From: Escherichia phage F13
Reading direction: 5' to 3' (one strand)
DNA: 64,000 bases
Sequence record: OP745617
Part shown: piece after piece, positions 1 through 8,946 of the stretch
Layout: the number at the start of each line of letters is the position of its first letter
Numbering within the stretch: the stretch's first letter is position 1
Position numbers and translations under genes: made by a program
The notes under the pieces: model-generated
The model's database searches: none
What the model saw: only the letters and a program-made list of their open reading frames with translations
Told to the model about the DNA's origin: nothing

Positions 1-20
1 TCTTTATAAGGTACTCGACC

Positions 21-368
21 ATGGCTCATGTTAAAGACGAAGTGTTGTTTGGCGCAGAGATTAAGAAACGTGTCAGAGAAATGGCAGGAGAAGAAAGAGT
101 GAAGTCGCTGCGAAAAGGTTTTGATCACATCAATGGTGTATCCGGCACGAAGGAGATGGGCGTGTTGGTAAAAGACATTCGCATTGGCGATGTCATGGTC
201 ATCGACCGACAAGCACGAGTCGTTATCCAGGTGCAACCGAACGATGATGAAGGATGTGTCCTATTGAAGCTGAAGAAGCTTTCATCCAGCCCAGCAAAAG
301 CCGTCATCAAGAAGGTCTGGCCCGAAGGATTACGCAAACTCATTCGTCGACCCGTGGAGAATGTATAA
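21..368 (+). CDS. hypothetical early protein (115 aa)
   Basis: ORF in a tightly packed plus-strand array; stop overlaps the next start (TAATG). Confidence 0.4.
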   Translation: MAHVKDEVLFGAEIKKRVREMAGEERVKSLRKGFDHINGVSGTKEMGVLVKDIRIGDVMVIDRQARVVIQVQPNDDEGCVLLKLKKLSSSPAKAVIKKVWPEGLRKLIRRPVENV

Positions 369-604
369 TGGAAGATTATATCAATGCGATGTACATGGCA
401 TTCTATGTCGTGCAACTTCCCAATGGCGCGGTATTTTATGGCGAGTATACCTTTGACGTTCAATATGACGTTTCAGAGCGTACAGTGTTAACAAGGGAGT
501 TGATTGCGGACCTTAAGGACGACATAAAACGCGTCGCGCGGCAGCAGTTCAATTTGGATGACACCGTCATCGTTCGAATTACCGGAATAACAGAGGTGCA
601 GTGA
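368..604 (+). CDS. hypothetical early protein (78 aa)
   Basis: Internal ATG of ORF 254..604 placed at the stop of the upstream gene; translationally coupled. Confidence 0.35.
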   Translation: MEDYINAMYMAFYVVQLPNGAVFYGEYTFDVQYDVSERTVLTRELIADLKDDIKRVARQQFNLDDTVIVRITGITEVQ

Positions 605-933
605 TGACCCGTGATCAGATACTCGCCGCGCATGAGCGTGAGAAGGTGAAAGAGATTTGTAAAAGGCACGCATTATTTGCTGACTCTTATGTGTTCTTAA
701 AGTCTTGCATCAAACAAAACGCAAGGATGGATAACACTGTATTGACATTCAACCTTTTGTCTAACGGAGCAAAGCTTGATGCAATATGCGGGTGCAGAAT
801 TGCCAGCATGACGTTTGAACGAGGTGCTCACAAAGACTCTTTCTTCTATCAATTCTCCCACCGGACGGGTGATACAAAGATAACAAGGACAAGGCACGAG
901 ATAGAGATTGACCTACTCCACTATGTAAAATGA
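601..933 (+). CDS. hypothetical early protein (110 aa)
   Basis: ATGA overlap with upstream gene; several Cys residues. Confidence 0.4.
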   Translation: MMTRDQILAAHEREKVKEICKRHALFADSYVFLKSCIKQNARMDNTVLTFNLLSNGAKLDAICGCRIASMTFERGAHKDSFFYQFSHRTGDTKITRTRHEIEIDLLHYVK

Positions 934-949
934 ATGTCAAAGGTGATTT

Positions 950-1144
950 ATGAGTGTTAAACTAGACATACAGAAAACTCTTGATAAGGCCGCTGCAATA
1001 AAGAACTTCATGGATTGTTATGCCAGTTGCACGCTTTATGGAAGCGTGCCAAACGGCGACGTAAGGCCGGAAAGCATGCTTGAGTGGCTTGTTGAACATC
1101 GTTACATCATCGACATAGTTGATGAATACATAAAGCAGAAATGA
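950..1144 (+). CDS. hypothetical early protein (64 aa)
   Basis: ORF in the early gene array. Confidence 0.35.
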   Translation: MSVKLDIQKTLDKAAAIKNFMDCYASCTLYGSVPNGDVRPESMLEWLVEHRYIIDIVDEYIKQK

Positions 1145-1168
1145 ATATCAAAAAGGTGAGCTAAATGC

Positions 1169-1197
1169 TTGCCTTTTCTTTTATCAATACTTATACT
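1169..1197 (+). promoter_or_regulatory. sigma70-like promoter (-35 TTGCCT, 17-bp spacer, -10 TATACT)
   Basis: Hexamers read directly; part of a conserved ~80-bp block also present at 2399-2476; followed by GAGGTG RBS and ATG at 1229. Confidence 0.5.
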
Positions 1198-1228
1198 CTT
1201 TTCATCAAGACGAAAAGTGAGGTGAATT

Positions 1229-1546
1229 ATGATTTACTTAGGCATCGACAAGGAACAAGACGAGCGGTTAGGAAGCGTGTTAAACGTAGACTTGAACACA
1301 GCTGTACACATCAAGCCTTGGCCAGATGGCCACCCCGACGTAGTTGTACCCGTTGCGCCTTGGACGCGTTACGTTGCCATTGACAATAACGGCCTTGTTC
1401 ATTGTTATTCAGAAAGGCCAACGTATTTCGAGATGTACCGCGAATGGCTCATGACTGGATGGGCAAAGGTGCGCTGTTGCGGCGAAGTCGGTCTGGATGG
1501 CTGGAGCTTCGAGGCTAGTGAATCGTGTGTCGAGGTGCAATTATGA
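1229..1546 (+). CDS. hypothetical early protein (105 aa)
   Basis: ORF with GAGGTG RBS immediately downstream of the promoter block. Confidence 0.45.
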   Translation: MIYLGIDKEQDERLGSVLNVDLNTAVHIKPWPDGHPDVVVPVAPWTRYVAIDNNGLVHCYSERPTYFEMYREWLMTGWAKVRCCGEVGLDGWSFEASESCVEVQL

Positions 1547-1761
1547 ATGGCGCGCTGGGTAAGTTGTCTTTCAACAAGCGTAATGAGCTGCGCATGGTGT
1601 CGCGCTTTCAGTTTGTATTGAACGCAATGTCGAATATTGCCATCACGATGCTTCGCGCTGATTGCCCTGCTGAAAAGCGTGAGACTTTATTTGAACGTCA
1701 CAACCAATTACGAAAGGCTGCTTATAAGCTGCAGCAATATGCTATGGAGTATGCAAAATGA
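1543..1761 (+). CDS. hypothetical early protein (72 aa)
   Basis: Internal ATG overlapping upstream stop (ATGA). Confidence 0.4.
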   Translation: MNGALGKLSFNKRNELRMVSRFQFVLNAMSNIAITMLRADCPAEKRETLFERHNQLRKAAYKLQQYAMEYAK

Positions 1762-2141
1762 GAATGAAGCGTTGCCCTTACTGCCACGATGTGATGCACC
1801 TTCCACACGAAGAGTTTGTGCAGCACATGACTAACTGTGATAAGAATCCTAATAGCGAAAGCCAGCTTGAAGAAAGAATGTTCTTGGTGTCATTCAAAGC
1901 TTCTGCTTATGAAGTGCAACGTTCTTACGGCGCACCAAGTACGATTTACTGTCCAACAACATTGAGAAGTGATATCGACTCAATTCAGCTTGCTGCCTGG
2001 ATTAACGTTAAGGAAGGAATCACGCCGCACTTTATTGCGCGCATCCAATCTCAGATTCTACAAATGAAGCGCGAATACAACCGTGACATCACTGAAGTGA
2101 AGGTGTTGTCCATCACGCCAATGAATAAGGAGTTGCCGTGA
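1758..2141 (+). CDS. hypothetical protein with Cys/His cluster (127 aa)
   Basis: ATGA overlap; N-terminal CPYCHDVMHLPHEEFVQHMTNC suggests a zinc-binding motif. Confidence 0.45.
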   Translation: MRMKRCPYCHDVMHLPHEEFVQHMTNCDKNPNSESQLEERMFLVSFKASAYEVQRSYGAPSTIYCPTTLRSDIDSIQLAAWINVKEGITPHFIARIQSQILQMKREYNRDITEVKVLSITPMNKELP

Positions 2142-2398
2142 ACAAGGGTCCGATGACTAAGTTAGCCGTTGCCGCGCGGAAGCTTCGACAAGCCGTTAAT
2201 GGGTCGCGCCCCGTGGTGTTAACACTCGACGACGCAAAGGCACTGGTAGAGCTACTCGACGAGCACAACCGACGCAAGAATCTGGAGAACACATTACGCT
2301 GGCGCGTTACTCCGAAAGGGCGGGAGAGTGAAAAGAAAGCTTACTTGCGACGCAAACTAAGGTCGGTCGGCCTCCACGAAGAGGCGAAGAATATTTAA
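2138..2398 (+). CDS. hypothetical basic protein (86 aa, GTG start)
   Basis: GTG start overlapping upstream stop; Arg/Lys-rich C-terminus. Confidence 0.4.
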   Translation: MNKGPMTKLAVAARKLRQAVNGSRPVVLTLDDAKALVELLDEHNRRKNLENTLRWRVTPKGRESEKKAYLRRKLRSVGLHEEAKNI

Positions 2399-2420
2399 TT
2401 CAAAAAGGTGATCTAAATGC

Positions 2421-2448
2421 TTGCCTTTTTATTTGCCTGTATTATACT
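2421..2448 (+). promoter_or_regulatory. sigma70-like promoter (-35 TTGCCT, 16-bp spacer, -10 TATACT)
   Basis: Second copy of the conserved promoter block; followed by AAGGAG RBS and ATG at 2477. Confidence 0.5.
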
Positions 2449-2476
2449 TAGTTCATCAAGCAAAGGAGATTTGATT

Positions 2477-2779
2477 ATGAGTTACGACGAAAGGTTTGGC
2501 AGAAGTGGATTATTTCACGATGCTGTATGTAAGGACAGCCAAGATGTTGTCTGCGTATTCAACGTTGATTCTTACGGCGTGCTCAAACCGTTTAAAATCG
2601 GTGAGACATACGAATTGTTTCACGGATGGTTGACGCGTCGCAACAACCTTCCTGATATGGAAGTCTGGTGGATAGAATATAAGGGCCAGGCCCATCGCTG
2701 CAAGGTTGTAGAGGTGCGCGGCGTGAACTACTATCAATCTGTTATCAGCGGCTTTGTTTTTAAAGAGGGTGAGCTATGA
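2477..2779 (+). CDS. hypothetical early protein (100 aa)
   Basis: ATG with AAGGAG RBS; the longer ORF start at 2417 lies inside the promoter and is rejected. Confidence 0.45.
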   Translation: MSYDERFGRSGLFHDAVCKDSQDVVCVFNVDSYGVLKPFKIGETYELFHGWLTRRNNLPDMEVWWIEYKGQAHRCKVVEVRGVNYYQSVISGFVFKEGEL

Positions 2780-3081
2780 GTACCGAAGCAATGAAGAAAA
2801 AGATTTTGAACGCTTTGCAAGAAGCCGTGAACTGTGGTGCAATTAAAGAGTTCAAGGAGACGCAAGAAGGCGGTGAGCCAGTATTCTTCTTTAAGAATAA
2901 AAAGGACGGTGTAGCGGCAATCATGCTATTAAAGAATAGTGATGATACATTTATTCTTTGCGTCGGCGGTTACGACCTTGTCACTGATGATGCATTCATC
3001 ACTTGTGTCGACGGCCTTAATCCTATGTTGACATTTGAGCGTCGCGCCATCCGTGTTGCAACGTTTGGAGGGAATTTATGA
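2776..3081 (+). CDS. hypothetical early protein (101 aa)
   Basis: ATGA overlap. Confidence 0.45.
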   Translation: MSTEAMKKKILNALQEAVNCGAIKEFKETQEGGEPVFFFKNKKDGVAAIMLLKNSDDTFILCVGGYDLVTDDAFITCVDGLNPMLTFERRAIRVATFGGNL

Positions 3082-3263
3082 GTACCGAAGTCCATAACGC
3101 TTCAGCAATGGTAAGCTTTTACCGTAACAAAGGCGTGTCACTCGTTAAAACGCCGCAAGGCATGATGTTCTTTGGCACGCGATTCCTTAAGGCTTCGGAG
3201 CGTGAAACGCTGTCCAAGTTTGACCAGAAAACATTGCACGCAGTTTGGAGAAGACAACAATGA
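3078..3263 (+). CDS. hypothetical early protein (61 aa)
   Basis: ATGA overlap. Confidence 0.35.
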   Translation: MSTEVHNASAMVSFYRNKGVSLVKTPQGMMFFGTRFLKASERETLSKFDQKTLHAVWRRQQ

Positions 3264-3553
3264 GATTAAGCCTAGCTCAGATTCAGACATTATATCGCAT
3301 GGAAGACGGCACATCATACATGTTGCGCGGCGACCGCAAGAAGGCTTATGAGAAACGGCCTTCATTGTTTCACGACGTTAACGCGCCATCAATCCCTGTC
3401 TTATTCCGGCTGGGCCTTGTTGACTGGAAAGTGCCAGGAGAGAAAGACCCAACTCGATATTCACCGGTTGTGATGACAAAGAAAGGTCGTGCAGCATTAA
3501 AAGAAATTAAAGAGCATATGGCTGGAGAAAAATACTATGACATCAAATCTTAA
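3260..3553 (+). CDS. hypothetical early protein (97 aa)
   Basis: ATGA overlap; motif GAGAAGACAACAATG also precedes the gene at 3718. Confidence 0.4.
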   Translation: MRLSLAQIQTLYRMEDGTSYMLRGDRKKAYEKRPSLFHDVNAPSIPVLFRLGLVDWKVPGEKDPTRYSPVVMTKKGRAALKEIKEHMAGEKYYDIKS

Positions 3554-3717
3554 GGCCCGTTTGTTATTCATCAAGCCGCATGTGCCATATAAGATTAGTA
3601 AGCGCACCTGGCTTAACATTTACAACCGCAGCGGCGACCGTTGTCTGTACAAGGCGAAGCGACGCAAGAAGGTATATTCTTACACAACATCTATCAAATA
3701 AATAGGAGAAGACAACA

Positions 3718-4221
3718 ATGAAAATAGAACAACTCGAAGCAGTATTGGAAATGGCCGTAAAAGCTGGCGCAATCAGAAGCTATCGCCGCGAGAAGTCGGA
3801 AAACGATATGGTGTTTTGTCGCAACTTCTATATCGTCGGCAACCTTAATGACCACTACACCATCGAGTGGTATACTAACATGATGACGCTTAAGTCGCGC
3901 ACCATGGAGCTTTGGTGTGATGACATCTGCTTATCCAACACCCATCCATCCTACGACGTTGCATTGGCATTCTATTACGGAAGCCGTCAACCTGTCGCCC
4001 ACATCGGTGAGAAGCATGAGCATCTTAAGGCGCGACCAGAGGAATCAATGGAAGGTTGGATTGAATGGGCTGGCGGCAAGAATCCGGTGCCTGGTAAGAA
4101 GGTCATGTTGATGTGGAGGAATGAAGGGAAGTCTTCTTATTCATCCAATTCAGAAGGATGGCTATGGCAGCACAACGGAAGCGTTTATGACATCATTGCT
4201 TATCGCGTCGTGGAGGAATAA
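3718..4221 (+). CDS. hypothetical protein (167 aa) sharing a C-terminal domain with 5103..5528
   Basis: RBS GGAG; C-terminus WIEWAGGKNPVPGK...DIIAYRVVEE parallels the 5103..5528 product. Confidence 0.5.
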   Translation: MKIEQLEAVLEMAVKAGAIRSYRREKSENDMVFCRNFYIVGNLNDHYTIEWYTNMMTLKSRTMELWCDDICLSNTHPSYDVALAFYYGSRQPVAHIGEKHEHLKARPEESMEGWIEWAGGKNPVPGKKVMLMWRNEGKSSYSSNSEGWLWQHNGSVYDIIAYRVVEE

Positions 4222-4562
4222 TGGAAGAGCAAGAAGGCCGTGAGCTAACATTTGACGAGCAGATGCAAGAGCTTCAGCGCACATCGCCGCTGCGCGGTAA
4301 GGTTGTTGACATTGAGGCGAGCGAATCCAATCTCACCCAGTGGCGACTCAAGTGCACCAGCACAAGCAAGGATATGTTAAGCTTCAAAGTCGGTCAAACC
4401 TATTTGCTTTATGAGGCAAAAGGACTTATTATTGATGGAAGGCAAATCGTCTTCACGGTAGTCAGCGGAATGCGTTGGTTCGTGAAGCGTGATGTCGAGG
4501 GCCGTGATATGTTTGTCGCAGGCTTTCCAGAAACAAGATTCCAATTGGAGAAGGTTAAATGA
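4221..4562 (+). CDS. hypothetical protein (113 aa)
   Basis: Start overlaps upstream stop. Confidence 0.45.
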   Translation: MEEQEGRELTFDEQMQELQRTSPLRGKVVDIEASESNLTQWRLKCTSTSKDMLSFKVGQTYLLYEAKGLIIDGRQIVFTVVSGMRWFVKRDVEGRDMFVAGFPETRFQLEKVK

Positions 4563-4888
4563 AATTGAAATGGTACGTGGACCCTGAGCCGACAGGCCAA
4601 TACAGGTCATTCCAACGTCGCGGCTGGCCGATTTGTTACAGCGGCAATCCCGATAAAGAAGATTGCGAGATGCTCGCCGCGATAGTAAGTCTTAACCATG
4701 ACGGCTATGAAGGCCACTACGCGAGAGCAACCAACCTTCGGCTCAAGGTGCGCATCCATTTCAAGGTCGCAGGCGAGGACCGCACCGGACTCTCCAAAGA
4801 AGAGTTCAGCAGCATTGCCGAAGCAAAGGCATGGCTAAAGGCATTCTACAAGGCCAATCCTAAATTTTATCCAACTAAGGGTGCATAA
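4559..4888 (+). CDS. hypothetical protein (109 aa)
   Basis: ATGA overlap. Confidence 0.45.
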   Translation: MKLKWYVDPEPTGQYRSFQRRGWPICYSGNPDKEDCEMLAAIVSLNHDGYEGHYARATNLRLKVRIHFKVAGEDRTGLSKEEFSSIAEAKAWLKAFYKANPKFYPTKGA

Positions 4889-5106
4889 TGACCGATAAAC
4901 AATACGCAGTCGGGCAACGTGACATCGAGCAACTCGACGAGGGCGGTTATTATACACGCCACATCTATGCTATGACTCAAGAAGGACTTTACAGCAAGTC
5001 GGACATCGCCGCTGAACTGGCCCATCGCGACTTGCAAATTGATCTTCTCAAGATAGAAGTGCAGAACTTACGAAACACCCTGTTAAACACCTGGAGCTTA
5101 AAATGA
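4888..5106 (+). CDS. hypothetical protein (72 aa)
   Basis: Start overlaps upstream stop. Confidence 0.4.
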   Translation: MTDKQYAVGQRDIEQLDEGGYYTRHIYAMTQEGLYSKSDIAAELAHRDLQIDLLKIEVQNLRNTLLNTWSLK

Positions 5107-5528
5107 TACAGCGTTACGACCTGACATATGATGTGGCATCGGACGATTTCGCCGTCACTCCCGTTCCAGAAAGTCATGAAGGACGTTTTGTTGCATATGA
5201 GGACTATGAATCACTGCTCAAGCTTAATGAGTCGCTAACAAAAGAGATTGAGCAATACCACGAGCGCATCAAAGTCGCTGAAGATGTTATCAAGCTTTTT
5301 AGCGAGGCTGTTGAGAAATACAAGGAGCGCAACGTACCGATTAAGGAGGAAGCGTGGACCGTGTGGCTTGGTGGTGAGAATCCTGCACCTGGCGAGATTG
5401 TTGAATACAAGCTGCGCAATGGAGGTGATAAAGTATTGTCGAGACTTTCTGACCATCTTCACTGGGGTCATATAGGAGCACTCAAAGGCAGCGACATCAT
5501 TGCTTATCGGGTCGTTAAGGAGGGGTGA
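5103..5528 (+). CDS. hypothetical protein (141 aa), paralogous C-terminal domain
   Basis: C-terminus WTVWLGGENPAPGE...DIIAYRVVKEG similar to the 3718..4221 product. Confidence 0.5.
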   Translation: MIQRYDLTYDVASDDFAVTPVPESHEGRFVAYEDYESLLKLNESLTKEIEQYHERIKVAEDVIKLFSEAVEKYKERNVPIKEEAWTVWLGGENPAPGEIVEYKLRNGGDKVLSRLSDHLHWGHIGALKGSDIIAYRVVKEG

Positions 5529-6061
5529 TGGGTAACGATGCAGGATGGGGCAAGCCGCGATACTCAAAACTTGCCCACTACTTTGACGACGGCGAGCAAA
5601 TCAGCTTGTGCGGTAAATTCAACAAAGGCAATACAGAGTTGACCGATGCTCAAGAAATGGAATCAAGTCTGACAATTGGTGATTGCTCTAAGTGCAGAAA
5701 GGCATTATATGAGTTATTGACTCTAAGGGGATTGAAAGCGGCAAAATCAAGGGATGAATGGGTCATCAACGTCTGTGAAGGGAATCCAGAATTGATGGAT
5801 GAATTGCTGAAAACAGATGCCGTTAATGCCATTTTCAAAAGGCATTATAAAACTTGTATGCGTTACAAGATGAATGATGATATTATTTTTATGGTATTAT
5901 CTTATTCAAGGAGCACAATGGACGTCAAAAAGCTTCGACAATATCGCCACAAGGTCATGTGTGAATTGCGCCGTTTAGGAGTTATTGTGGATAATAATGT
6001 CATTAAAACGGAGTTAAAGAAGCGTGATAAAAGGAATGGTGACTGGAAGGTCAGCGGATAA
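5525..6061 (+). CDS. hypothetical protein (178 aa) with possible Cys cluster
   Basis: ATGA overlap; SLCGKF...DCSKCRK spacing suggests metal binding. Confidence 0.5.
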   Translation: MMGNDAGWGKPRYSKLAHYFDDGEQISLCGKFNKGNTELTDAQEMESSLTIGDCSKCRKALYELLTLRGLKAAKSRDEWVINVCEGNPELMDELLKTDAVNAIFKRHYKTCMRYKMNDDIIFMVLSYSRSTMDVKKLRQYRHKVMCELRRLGVIVDNNVIKTELKKRDKRNGDWKVSG

Positions 6062-6319
6062 ATAAACACTGTTTACGTGTTTTGAAGAATGGAATGTGTG
6101 CAATGGGTCGCTTTATGCGGCCTTTTGTCGTTTGGGTCATGTTTTGCTATGGAATAATTATGAGGTTGTGTTTTATTTATTAATTGTGCGGAAATATTTA
6201 GAAATATATATAAACAGGATTGTTAATATTTTAATAGTTTATGGCTATTGGTCCGTGGTGTTTGTTAGATTCTATCTATGGATTGGATTTTCTTGGGTCG
6301 TGAAACGTGGTTTTGAACA

Positions 6320-6690
6320 CATTTGATACGCCTAAAATACGGTTAAAAATTAAGCGTATCATGGCTGCAGGCCGCGCCGTTCCTGGATTCCTCTTTTCCA
6401 AATTGGTACACCCTTACGTCATGATACGTCATGGTTTTTTATCCGTATCAGTGTACAACCCTTGCCGCGCCTGGCTTGTACATTAATCTTACGGATGATA
6501 CGGATAAAACTGAGCATCGTTATATATAGAATTCGAAAAATTAATTAACTCCATTTTAAAAACATTTATATTAATTTTTTTCATATCCTCATACTTATGT
6601 TAATTTATATATTTAACGTATCATCCGTAAGATATAAGTAAAAACAAAGACTTGCGGCAATACGGATGATACGTCATGATACGCTTCAAC
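6320..6690. repeat. iteron-like module: direct and inverted ATCCGTATC / GATACGGAT 9-mers flanking an AT-rich core (copy 1)
   Basis: Repeats read directly (tatccgtatca, ttacggatgatacggat, cgtatcatccgtaag, tacggatgatacgtcatgatacg); AT-rich core 6530-6615; homologous module at 22845-23135. Confidence 0.7.
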
Positions 6691-6874
6691 CAGCCAGCAG
6701 CGGCTAAGTCGTTGATTTGCATAACAAGCGGCAAAAGGGATGGATTTCTTTTATACGTATCAAACAGTACACCACGCACCACGGTCCGTTATCCATTCAG
6801 CAATATGATTTGTGTACGTTTATAGCCATAATGAACATCAATCTGCACTTGAATATAATGTCCATCCATTGTAT

Positions 6875-8095
6875 AATTCACACTATTAATTTGCACTATG
6901 GGATTTTGCACTATGAGTCAAGATTATGTAGCGATGCCTGAAGACTTTGAAGACCCGCGATTCGCAGAGCACAATCAGGCTTTATTCGATGAGTTCATTG
7001 ACCTTGTTATTCAGGGTCATGACATGCGCGCAGCTTTTGCACTAGTATTTGGAATGGAAGTTGCAACGGATAACTACACTGGCCAGCGAATCCTTTGCAC
7101 GCAACGCAATCCATACTACAAGATGCGCTTCAAAAAGCGTATGGAAGAGATGCCACTCAAGGATTTGTGGAGCGTAAAAGGTGCAATTCACAATTTGGTT
7201 AAGCTTGTTCGTGATCCAGAAGTCGCGGCGTCAGCCAAGCTTAATGCTATTCGTGAACTGAATATCATCTACGGCATCACGATGATTGATGAAAACGGCA
7301 ATAGTAAAATGGGCCGTTCCATGGACGATTTCTACAAGGATTTTGGAGAGGCGGCCAAAGAAGGTGAGCAATTCTCCCGCCACTAGCCAATTTGCACTAT
7401 AAAACGGCCCTAGAACACATTTTCTCCAATTCTAGGGCCATCGGTAATACGACGGGGAAGGTTACAAACATAAACGCGTTAGAAAGTGTATTATTATAAG
7501 TCATCTTTTAGTCACCTTACGTAACAATTTACGACCTTCAACCGTCCAATCGAACGACTCCACCAGCAGATTCGCACTATAACCTAAGACGATGCGTCCC
7601 TTCTCGTTATCGACCCGCCAACAAGTCTCGAATAGCATTCGATTTGCACTATTAACTATTGCCGCAACTCGCGTAGGATAAGCGCAATTTGAACTATGGT
7701 CGTAAAGGGATAAGGTGCGACCACTTCCGATGGACAACGTAGCGATGAGAATGAGCGTATTCATAAGCCACCAATTTGCACTATGAAAAGCGACCCCGAA
7801 GGGCCGCCATTCGATTAGATAATCTGGAAGGTATAGGATTTGTTGCCGAACTCAAAGTTCAAGCGCCCAGCTTCCTTAAGCTTCATGCGGAAGCGAATGT
7901 GCTTGCTATCCGGCAAGCCCAGCACGGCGAACGCTACGCGGACCGATTTGAACTCGCCTACACCCTCGACCATAACGCCGTTACGGGTGAGACGCTTTTG
8001 CGCCACTTCCTTATTATCCCAACTTTTTGCAATACCTTCGCTATTCGAACGGCGATGGGAAGGAGTTCCATTTTGCACTACGCAATTTGCACTAT
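6875..8095 (+). repeat. array of about 10 copies of the 12-bp motif (A/G)ATTTGCACTAT, all on the plus strand
   Basis: Copies at 6875, 6888, 6903, 7389, 7569, 7641, 7686, 7773, 8071, 8083 (some with one mismatch). Confidence 0.7.
6898..7386 (+). CDS. hypothetical protein (157-162 aa); speculative small terminase or DNA-binding protein
   Basis: ORF starting inside the first motif copies (alternative ATG at 6913); the terminase idea is only from size and the adjacent repeat array. Confidence 0.4.
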   Translation: MGFCTMSQDYVAMPEDFEDPRFAEHNQALFDEFIDLVIQGHDMRAAFALVFGMEVATDNYTGQRILCTQRNPYYKMRFKKRMEEMPLKDLWSVKGAIHNLVKLVRDPEVAASAKLNAIRELNIIYGITMIDENGNSKMGRSMDDFYKDFGEAAKEGEQFSRH

Positions 8096-8441
8096 CGTTT
8101 AGACCGCTCTTAACGAAGGCTTCATACTCTTCGTCGGTCATCGCGTCGAGTTCTTCCTGGGTCGGCTCGGCCTTTTTAACGACCGCACGCGCCTTATGCG
8201 TTTTTACATCGCTGGACACTTCCTCGCGCGACTTCGCTTCGGGGATGGGCGATTCGTTGGACGGCTCATCGAGCGCGTTTAAGGACTCGATTAACGCGAT
8301 TACGCGAGTCTCGGCGGTACGGCGGTCCGCAAATTTCTTAATCGGCTTCGAACCGGAATTTGCATTATAAAATGCAACGAGGTCGGCGGTCTTAGTTGCG
8401 ATAACGTCGCCGCTAGTCGAGAAACGATTTAAGCTAACCAT
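7815..8441 (-). CDS. hypothetical protein (208 aa)
   Basis: Protein-like composition (acidic stretch EEELDAMTDEEYEAF); the antisense plus-strand ORF looks like a shadow. Confidence 0.45.
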   Translation of the reverse strand: MVSLNRFSTSGDVIATKTADLVAFYNANSGSKPIKKFADRRTAETRVIALIESLNALDEPSNESPIPEAKSREEVSSDVKTHKARAVVKKAEPTQEELDAMTDEEYEAFVKSGLNDSANCVVQNGTPSHRRSNSEGIAKSWDNKEVAQKRLTRNGVMVEGVGEFKSVRVAFAVLGLPDSKHIRFRMKLKEAGRLNFEFGNKSYTFQII

Positions 8442-8521
8442 AATGAACTCCTATTTGTTAGGGCGCTAGGCGCGAAAGAATTTTATTAAAGCGCCGCGCA
8501 CGACGCTCTAAAAATCCTCTC

Positions 8522-8806
8522 TTACGCTTCGACGAGGGAGAAGGTCTCAAATTCTTCTTCGCCCATAACGAGTAAGATGTTACCGATTTCGACCGCTTCG
8601 AAGAAGTATCCGTTAACGTTTACTTCGAAGGCTTCGCGGTCCGATTCCGGTAACGCCGCGTAAAGTTTAAAAGCCTCGGCGACCGTTACCCCACCCGCCT
8701 CGATGGTCTGGTCTACGTTCGCGGCGTAGACTTCGGATAAAATTTGTTTTACGCCGTAGTTCTCGACGATAGCGTTACGGATGGAAGAAACGTTAAGAAT
8801 AGCCAT
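8522..8806 (-). CDS. small protein (94 aa), paralog family member
   Basis: Aligns with the 9744..10034 product (SxIR, VY..NVD..IE, NG[YF].[FY]..EIG); own promoter upstream. Confidence 0.5.
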   Translation of the reverse strand: MAILNVSSIRNAIVENYGVKQILSEVYAANVDQTIEAGGVTVAEAFKLYAALPESDREAFEVNVNGYFFEAVEIGNILLVMGEEEFETFSLVEA

Positions 8807-8874
8807 TTTAAACTCCTAGTTGGGAGAGGCGTTAACGACCTATTCGCTAACTCATCCCGTCCCGATATGAGTAC

Positions 8875-8902
8875 ATTATAATATAGTGTAGAAAAAAGTA
8901 AA
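8875..8902 (-). promoter_or_regulatory. sigma70-like promoter on minus strand (-35 TTTACT, 16-bp spacer, -10 TATAAT)
   Basis: Reverse complement of 8875-8902; inverted copy of the promoter module at 9345-9373. Confidence 0.5.
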
Positions 8903-8946
8903 GCACTTTTTCGATAAAAATGCGATAAATTATTTTATCTTTTTTC

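Noticed and set aside
1165-1383. ORFs starting with MLAF at 1165 and 2417
   Set aside because: Their start codons lie inside the promoter blocks; the real starts are the RBS-preceded ATGs at 1229 and 2477.
6096-6326. 76-aa ORF in the AT-rich region before the iteron module
   Set aside because: Very hydrophobic, low-complexity translation of AT-rich DNA with no RBS; the region is better explained as regulatory.
6717-6941. 74-aa ORF overlapping the start of the motif array
   Set aside because: Translation is a low-complexity read-through of the repeat region, and it overlaps the better-supported ORF 6898..7386.
7501-7764. 87-aa minus-strand ORF
   Set aside because: Carries three copies of the 12-bp motif on its antisense strand and has no clear RBS; the region may be noncoding. 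Left uncalled.
7840-8370. 176-aa plus-strand ORF
   Set aside because: Ser/Arg/Leu-rich translation typical of the wrong frame; antisense shadow of the more protein-like 7815..8441 minus-strand ORF.
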